DNA of 29,745 nt, from NCBI GenBank assembly GCA_002269645.1, contig NIVC01003270.1, positions 1 to 29,745 of the forward strand, read 5' to 3'. The DNA comes from Macrostomum lignano. Lineage: Eukaryota. Shown here in pieces: positions 23,001-29,745 of this stretch. The position numbers were made by a program, and so were the translations under genes. The notes beneath the pieces were generated by a model. That model was given only the letters and a program-made list of their open reading frames with translations. It was not told the DNA's origin and did no database searches. Every line of letters starts with the position of its first letter. Position 1 is the first letter of the stretch.

Positions 23001-26000
23001 AGACAATTTCGCTTTCCTAAAAAATCTTTTCAATAGGCTCTTGCAGCTAAGTTCGCGTAAAGAAGTCCGCTCTTGAGTCTAGTGCTTTTCGCACTCTCTG
23101 TAGTTACTCTACTTGAGCATCTAGAGTACAGTTGCATCTTTTTAACAGTTCTAGCCGTTAAATTGCTTCACTTTTGTCCTAATTTGTCTTCTTTGTTCGA
23201 CTATAATTCCATTTAGACTCTTCGAACTGCTCATTTCTGTCTGATTTTTAATCCTACTCTCTCCCTCCAGCTCCGAGCACTTTGGAAACGTTCCCTGTGT
23301 GTTGCCTTCGTCGCGAGCATTCTCCCTGCCTATCTTTCCTTCCTCCCCCTGTAGACAGACACATCAGTGCGGGGCTAGTTTCTGGTGTAGGCAACCAGCG
23401 ACCCAAGTCCCTTTCTCTCCTCCACTCTCTCCGTCTGTCTGCATTCTGTCCAGTCTGCGCGTCAGGTCTGAACACGACCCGTCTCCGGCCTTCCCCCAGT
23501 CTCTCCTCTTTTCCCTTCTGCATCTTCTATTTGCTTCAAGCTAAAAGAAGCGGTCGCTCATTCCTTCTCTATTCATTCTTCGTTCATTAGTTCACACGCC
23601 TGCGCACAGGCGCCTTTTAGTCTCCACCCACTCAGTTTTCTGCTTTTATTGCGAGCTTTTTCTGCTTTCGTTACTGCTGCAACAGGCGGAGAAGCGTAAT
23701 TCTGCATATAAGAGGAGCTCGGGTGTGAGACTCAAAGTTTGTCACTCATTGTTGTATATTATCAAATATTCCGAAGAGAAAGTTCTGCATTTCACTAGAT
23801 CGTCGTTCTGCTGTGCGTGTCAGACTAAATTAAAATTTTGGCTAGCAACTGAATTAATCTGCTCACCGAGAGAAGCCCAACAGTAAAAGAAGCTCCACAG
23901 CAAGCGTTTGCAATTTTCAACTGATTGTCTATACCGATTTACATTAAAGACAACTTTGGAATTCCTCTGCCTTGCGTACGCATTCATCAAGTCTGTGTTG
24001 GCGGCCAAAAGAATTCCATCCAGTCCTAAAGCAAACAATTTTGTGGAAAAACCGACGAGTTGGCGAGGCAGACTAAAGTTATTCATTCAGCATCTAAGAA
24101 CTAACTTGGATTCGCCAGTCCGCTTCGAGCCTGCAGCTGCCCAACTGCCCGAGGTAGTCTGAAGGCTTCCCCTTCGCTCCTCGTCACAAGTGGTTGCCTT
24201 CCGCATCAAAGAATCGCCTGCGCTGTAAAGGCCTCGTGTATCCTCTACACTGACATTCCATATTTTTTCCATCCCCTTTATTACCCCGACTCCCCGAATC
24301 TCGTCTCTGCCGGATTTTCAGCTCCGTACCCCTCCTGAGAGGAACCTTGCCTCCCGCAAAGACGCTTCAGTCTAGCTTAACGTTACTAAGAAAAGAAAAA
24401 AAACCGCGAAGCAAGGAAGTTGTGCCAGTAAAGAAATACGCTGCTCTCCATTCGTGCTTGCTCCTATCCGGCTGTTATTCAAGGCGCTGCTCGCATTAGC
24501 GACTCTGCACTCGGATTTGCGTCTGCCGCTACCGCCCCCTCATCTCTTGCGCTCTTTTTCTCTTTCCAACCACCCGGCGTCCCTTGATTAATCCCTCGTG
24601 GCGGTCTTCTAAATTCCCCCTTCTAGTCCCTGCCCCCTTGCCTAGAGCCTGCTTCTACTAGTGGCCCTTTCCCATCTCGCTGACTCGCCTGCCGCTCTCT
24701 CTATTCCTACCCCCTTTCCCTTGGGCCGTCCGCCCGTTTTGTGGATTCGATTTATATTCGACAGCGGCATTCGCAGCAAATCCATCCTGCTATCCCGTTC
24801 CCCTTTGCTCGTCCTGCTCTTGGCTGGCCCCGTACTCCGCCAGCGCCGCGTTGACTCATTCTATACTCTGCACTCTTGAAGGGTAGAAAAACAGACGCAG
24901 CGGTTGCTGAGGCCGACTGCCCTCTGTTCTGGCCGCATTTGGTCGTGCTGAACGCAAAGAGGTTCAATTGCTCCTTTCTGGCAAAAATAACGCATTAGCG
25001 AAAAATCCCATGTTAGCGTTACGCGCAACCTTCAGTTAATCCGAGCCCTGTGGCTGCTGCAAATATCCAGCTAAAGCGCGCCGTTATGGAGCATGCGTCT
25101 TGAAGTCCAGTCATCAATATTTTCCCGCCATGAATCGAATACGTTGACAGACAGCCCCGCTTAATTGCCAAGTATCTGAGACGCCCGTGCGCTCGCGCCC
25201 ATCGTTCAAAAGTATTCTGTGGACGGAAAATACTGCCCAATCTACTACCCTATCTTCTATGTGCACATGGGTGCATAGTGAGAGGCGGTATTATAAAGTG
25301 CGCAGCATGGACCCGAGCGAGAACGAATAGAAATCAACGGAAAGCCACGCTAGAGGCTACAGTCGCCGCTCTTGCCGAAGAAATAACTAAGGTGCCAAAG
25401 CCTGAAGAAAATACGCGAACAGGAGTGTGTGAAGACGAGGAGGGCAAGGCAACAATTGGCATCGCGTACCGCTAGCCTTTGCTTCAGCGGGGTGGAGGGC
25501 AGGGCTGCACGGGAAGGGGTCGCACTATGCTTCCCCCCGAGCGCCCGTTGCCTCCACTAATCAAGCGGCTTCTTCGCATCCGTCTGTTCCGGCTGTTATC
25601 GACTACAGTCGCATCCGCTGGTCGGCTAGGCTATCTACCGTCCTCTTACTTGACCCCTCTGTCTGCCAGCTGTTGGCCAAGCTTTTCGCATCCTAGGCCG
25701 CTGTTAGATCCCGCTTGTCTTGCCAGTCCTCTGCCCGAATCGCGCAGACGCTACTTTGGTCGCAGGCCCGCCAGCGGCGGCAGAGGCCGCATGAGTATGT
25801 GGCTGTCTAGCAGCAACAACAGTGGCGGGAGCTCATTGTCGGCTAGACGCAAAGTGGTGCTGCTATTGGTACTGCACTCTGGCGGTGGTGGCCCGTTTCG
25901 CTCTCGAGCATTGCCGCTGGTCTCTGTTGATCTAGATCGGGGTAAGTTGCCGCGTCACATGCCTGAAATATTGGCTAGTCTGTCTAAAAACCCGTGCTGT

Positions 26001-28142
26001 TTGCGATGCTTTCGACACTAATTGCTAGCGTTCAATCGATAACCCCTTATTAAATATCTTTTAGCGAAAAAATCTACATATACTATTTTTCTAGTACCTA
26101 GTATATGTTCATTTCCTAGGAATGTTTACCCTAATCTTGACTGGGCAGGCTTCGGTGTGGGCCTTTCGGACATAAAAGAAAGGTTTAGTTTCCGCTGTCA
26201 AATCTCTCCTAAGTCTCATTTCAGGTCTGTTTGGGTCACAACAGAATCTACATACGAGTATTACACTGCAGTTTCTGCTATTTTTAGCTCGGCTAGCTTA
26301 GGCAATACTGCACAACTTTTCTAACTAGACTTTATGCTGCAACAAGCTTTCTTCTATAGGCAATTGCCTTAATGTTTGCCCAGTTAACTGTGCCTGCATC
26401 GATTCCTGCTTCCCCTGGCATTAGTGCCCGTCTATTCCGCATGCGATTTATGATTGCAGGATGCGCTGCCGCTCGAGTATTGGCTCGATGAAGGGAAAAT
26501 CGAAGCAATACATACGTGCTGGACTTGCTATTGCATTATTAAAATGCTGTGCGAGCACATCAATTTTTTCTTATCCCTTCCGTGTTCTAGAAATTCTCAT
26601 TCTCGGGAATACTTCGGTCTCTTATATCTCGATCGGAAGCGAGCTAATTAACTTTTTTCTCTCTCCGTTAGTTCGTCTCCAAAACTTTTTCGAAGACTAG
26701 GAGCTGCCGTCTCTCAAATGTTCTCTCTGCTGCACTCAATTGGAGTTTCTGTACTGACTGACTGGCTGAGCAGAGTTGAGGCTGAGTCTAGTCTTTAGGG
26801 TAGGACGGAGACAGAGTGACGGCGACTTAAACTTGTACAAAATCGATTACCTCCTTCCTTTCCAGTATCCTCCAGTCGCTAGGACTTCATCAAATTATGC
26901 AGGATTGGCTCTAGGCATCATTTGCTGGTGAATGTATTTTACTGTGGGCAAAGTATATGAAACTGTAGAGTTCGATCCTTTCTAAAAATATTTTCTATAC
27001 ATTTAGTTTTAGACAAGCAACATACATTATATATTATTATTATTAAACAACTTGTTTGCCCAGTGACCCGTTTCGTGTTGCCAGTGGATAAGCTACAGTT
27101 GCTAGTTAGCTTGAAAAAAAGCCATAAAATTACGCATATCGGAGGCAGATTGAAACCCTTAGTGCAGTTCGTTGGCTTTGGTACACGGCATTGGCCGCAC
27201 TCGAGTTCCCACATACACTTTGCGTCCTGCACTGCCTGTATCTGTCTGCAATGCTTGCCCGCAGTACGAGCCGAGGGTTGGTAGCCGCAGGGACAGAACG
27301 GGGCCCAGCTGACAGTCCCACACTGCCGGCTTGGCTCCCGATAAAAAACCCTCACCATTTTTCATGTCCGGTCCTGTGAACAAGAACGCGCATATCAGTT
27401 ACCGCGTGCAGCGCTTGTCCCGTCCTTTTTCGCCTTAACCTGCTTTTCTACACTAATGGCTCGGGTTTTTTTCTGAGGCTGGTTGGCTGGTTAGTTCAGG
27501 TTGGTTACCCATTCGGAACTGGCCTGTCTTATTAATAGCTCGCCGCTGACAGGACATTGCTATTGGTGCAGGGGGGGGGGGCAGTGAGGGAACGAGAGGA
27601 AGATATGGCTAGTTGGTGGCCTTCTGCGCAGCGCCACATCTGCGTTTTCTCCGCCTGCCCCCCCTTCCGTCTAGCCCTGCGCTTCCATTATTTCGTACCG
27701 GTATTAGGCCCAAGTCCCGCTTCCATATCGTTCTGTAGGACCTGTATAGAGTGTATAGGCGAGGTCCATGGGAACCAATGTCTGAATAGGATAGGTGCTC
27801 CGCAGTTTGGGTTGGGGGTGGGAGGGAAACACGAAGCCAGCGGAGATATTCGCGGGGTATTAGAGACAAAAATAGCGGCTGGCAGGAGAAGAAAGTCAAA
27901 TCGGGGGCCTGGATTTTTATTCTTCATTCGTTTAATTTTATTCGGATTCTTTGTTTTGTCCGCGGAGACTAATGGCGAGGCCTGGCTAATGCTAGTTAGC
28001 TCTAGGCTATCAGTAGCTCAGGCTCTGGGCCTGTCCCTAGCCGCCTGCTGCGTGAGCTCAGCCCTGCTGCTGCTCAGCGCTTGCAGCCTGCTGCTTGACG
28101 CAACCAGCGCTCACTCAGCAGCCGCCCTGTGCCGCCTTCCAG

Positions 28143-28487
28143 TCCCGCGGTGTCGGCTCCATCGTCTGCCTGTCAGCCGCTGTCGGCATCGGGATCGGCG
28201 GCGTGATCGCCTACCGGCTGTTCTGTCGCTACCACAAGCAACAGCAGCAACAACAACAACAACAACAACAACAACAGCAACAACAACAACAAAGACAACT
28301 CGGAGAGACTAGCGAAACCGAAGGTCAAGAGAGTCTGCTTGTAGAAGAGGAAGAAGACTGTTGCACCTGCGGCTGCGGATGCTATCGGATTAAGAGTGCA
28401 CAGACAAGGACTAGACACCTGCCAGCTGATGCTGTTGAAGCAGGCGATGCTAGTGTTGGTCAGGACAGCTTGTCGCATTGTTGCACT
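28143..28487 (+). CDS. Unidentified gene, putative first coding exon: N-terminal signal anchor, Q18 tract and acidic region
   Basis: SRGVGSIVCLSAAVGIGIGGVIAYRLFCRYHK is a hydrophobic helix with a basic flank. Donor ACT|GTGAGT at 28487/28488. There is no in-frame ATG, so the 5' boundary and the frame after EEEE are uncertain. Confidence 0.55.
28239..28292 (+). repeat. (CAA/CAG)18 polyglutamine tract
   Basis: 18 consecutive Gln codons in the 28095 frame. Confidence 0.9.
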
Positions 28488-28598
28488 GTGAGTTTCTGGT
28501 GATGTTTTTTTTTCACACCTTTGTTTGAACTACTGGCCTTTTTATGCACATTTTATTCTTAAGAATAAAATATGTTCTTAGGAAATGCTCGAAAGATC

Positions 28599-28772
28599 CA
28601 CCTTAGCAACAAAATAATCACCTCCCCTTAGCAACAATAGAATCACCTCCCCCTTAAAATCACCTCCCCTTAGCAACAAAAGAATCACCCTCCTTAGCGG
28701 CAAAAGAATCACCCCTTAAGAGAATCACCACCTTAGCAATCGCAATAGAGTCACCCCTTAGCAGCCACAAAA
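28599..28772. repeat. About 26-bp degenerate minisatellite in the first predicted intron of the 3' gene
   Basis: Unit approximately GAATCACCTCCCCTTAGCAACAAAA, with some truncated copies. Confidence 0.85.
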
Positions 28773-29284
28773 GCATCGCCACTTACGACCCGACCCGCCC
28801 CCCGCACGCGGCAGTCGCTAGAGCCGGCCCCAGCGCTACCCAACGGGTCAGCGTCAGTCGCCCCAATGGGCAACACCCAGCAGCACCAGCGCAGCGCAAT
28901 CGCCGCCAAGCTGCCGACGCCATTGAGTTGCGGCAGCTGCCGGCGTCAGCCGGTGCGGCGAGAATCGCTGGTGAGACCCGGCACCTGCTGGGCTACGATG
29001 ATCCCGACGATGATGACAGCGACGATAACTTCGGAGAATTCAAAGGCAGTCGAGCTACAGCAGCGGCCGGTGGTAACCAGGATTTTCTGATAGACTCAGC
29101 AGAGGAGGCGCTGCCTGACGGTGACGGCTCAGCTGCTGCCGCCACCGCCGCTTCAGTTCAGGATGTGGAGTTCAGGACTGACAGTCTCAGAGCCGTGTCC
29201 AGCTTGGAGTCCGTCAACCGAGACAGCTGGTTTATTCATTCTGGCTCTGTCGGCAATTCCGCAGTTGCTTGGCCGGCACTTGTG
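28762..29284 (+). CDS. Unidentified gene, putative exon 2 (low-complexity, acidic)
   Basis: Open frame SHKSIATYDPTRPP...AADAIELRQLP...DDDDSDDNFGEFKG...AWPALV. Candidate acceptor ccccttag| at 28761 and donor GTG|GTGAGC at 29284/29285. The phases do not match the neighbouring exons cleanly. Confidence 0.5.
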
Positions 29285-29386
29285 GTGAGCGATGACTGAG
29301 TTAGTTCAATGCTGAGAGATCTGGCTATCAGCTTTGTTGCTATGCGGATGTTACACCCAGATATTTGTTATACCCCTCCATTCCAG

Positions 29387-29745
29387 CCGCGGCACCCGGA
29401 TCCCCGCCCCGCCAGCAGTCCCAGCAGCCGTCTCTGCCGGCTACGTCAACGAGCACAACCAGGACCTGTTCCACCGGGTGCTGCACATCTACGCTCGCGT
29501 CCATAGCAACGGCGATAGCAACGCGGCAGTCGAATCGCCAGCGTTGACCCGGAGCTGCCAGCCGATGCTGACGCTGCCGAGTTCCTGGACACCTCGCTGG
29601 GTGCCGAGTTCGCCAGGAGGCGAGACGAGTTCAACAGCAAGAAGCCGCAGCAGCAGCATCAAGAAGCCGCCGAAGACGAGCTCTTTGCCGACCGAGAAGA
29701 CGCAGATGACGAGGATGACGAGCTGACCCGCCAGCAGCTGCTGAC
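29387..29745 (+). CDS. Unidentified gene, putative exon 3 (runs off the window; frameshift near 29520)
   Basis: Acceptor ccattccag|. The GC3-rich frame YVNEHNQDLFHRVLHIYARVHSNGDSN switches to RGSRIASVDPEL...EFLDTSLGAEFARRRDEF...DDEDDELTRQQLL. Confidence 0.55.

Noticed and set aside
25278-27400. Assorted 60-180 aa ORFs in GC-moderate DNA
   Set aside because: No recognisable motifs, splice context or codon bias.

Overview
Eukaryotic (animal) genomic DNA: GC-rich, Ala/Gly-rich exons sit in AT-rich, repeat-filled DNA. The style suggests the flatworm Macrostomum lignano, but this is inference and no search was run. On the + strand lie a 4-exon WDR34/DYNC2I2 gene (6184-11514), a PRPF40/Prp40 splicing-factor gene about 1.1 kb downstream (12595-16198), and the 5' part of an unidentified signal-anchored polyQ/acidic protein gene (about 28143 to the end). 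The PRPF40 gene appears to lack FF1 and has a 1-nt frameshift. On the - strand lies a 5'-truncated RT-RNase H non-LTR retrotransposon (19913-21930) with a 10-bp TSD. Most predicted introns carry a tandem repeat, and several MITEs are present. The most unusual observation is two degenerate 62-bp copies of the 28S rRNA segment centred on the R2/I-PpoI cleavage site. Both have the same boundaries, both diverge most at the cut site, and one sits inside a TIR+TSD MITE. There are also signs of operon-like organisation with possible spliced-leader-donated start codons. All coordinates and alignments were made by eye, with reference sequences recalled from memory.
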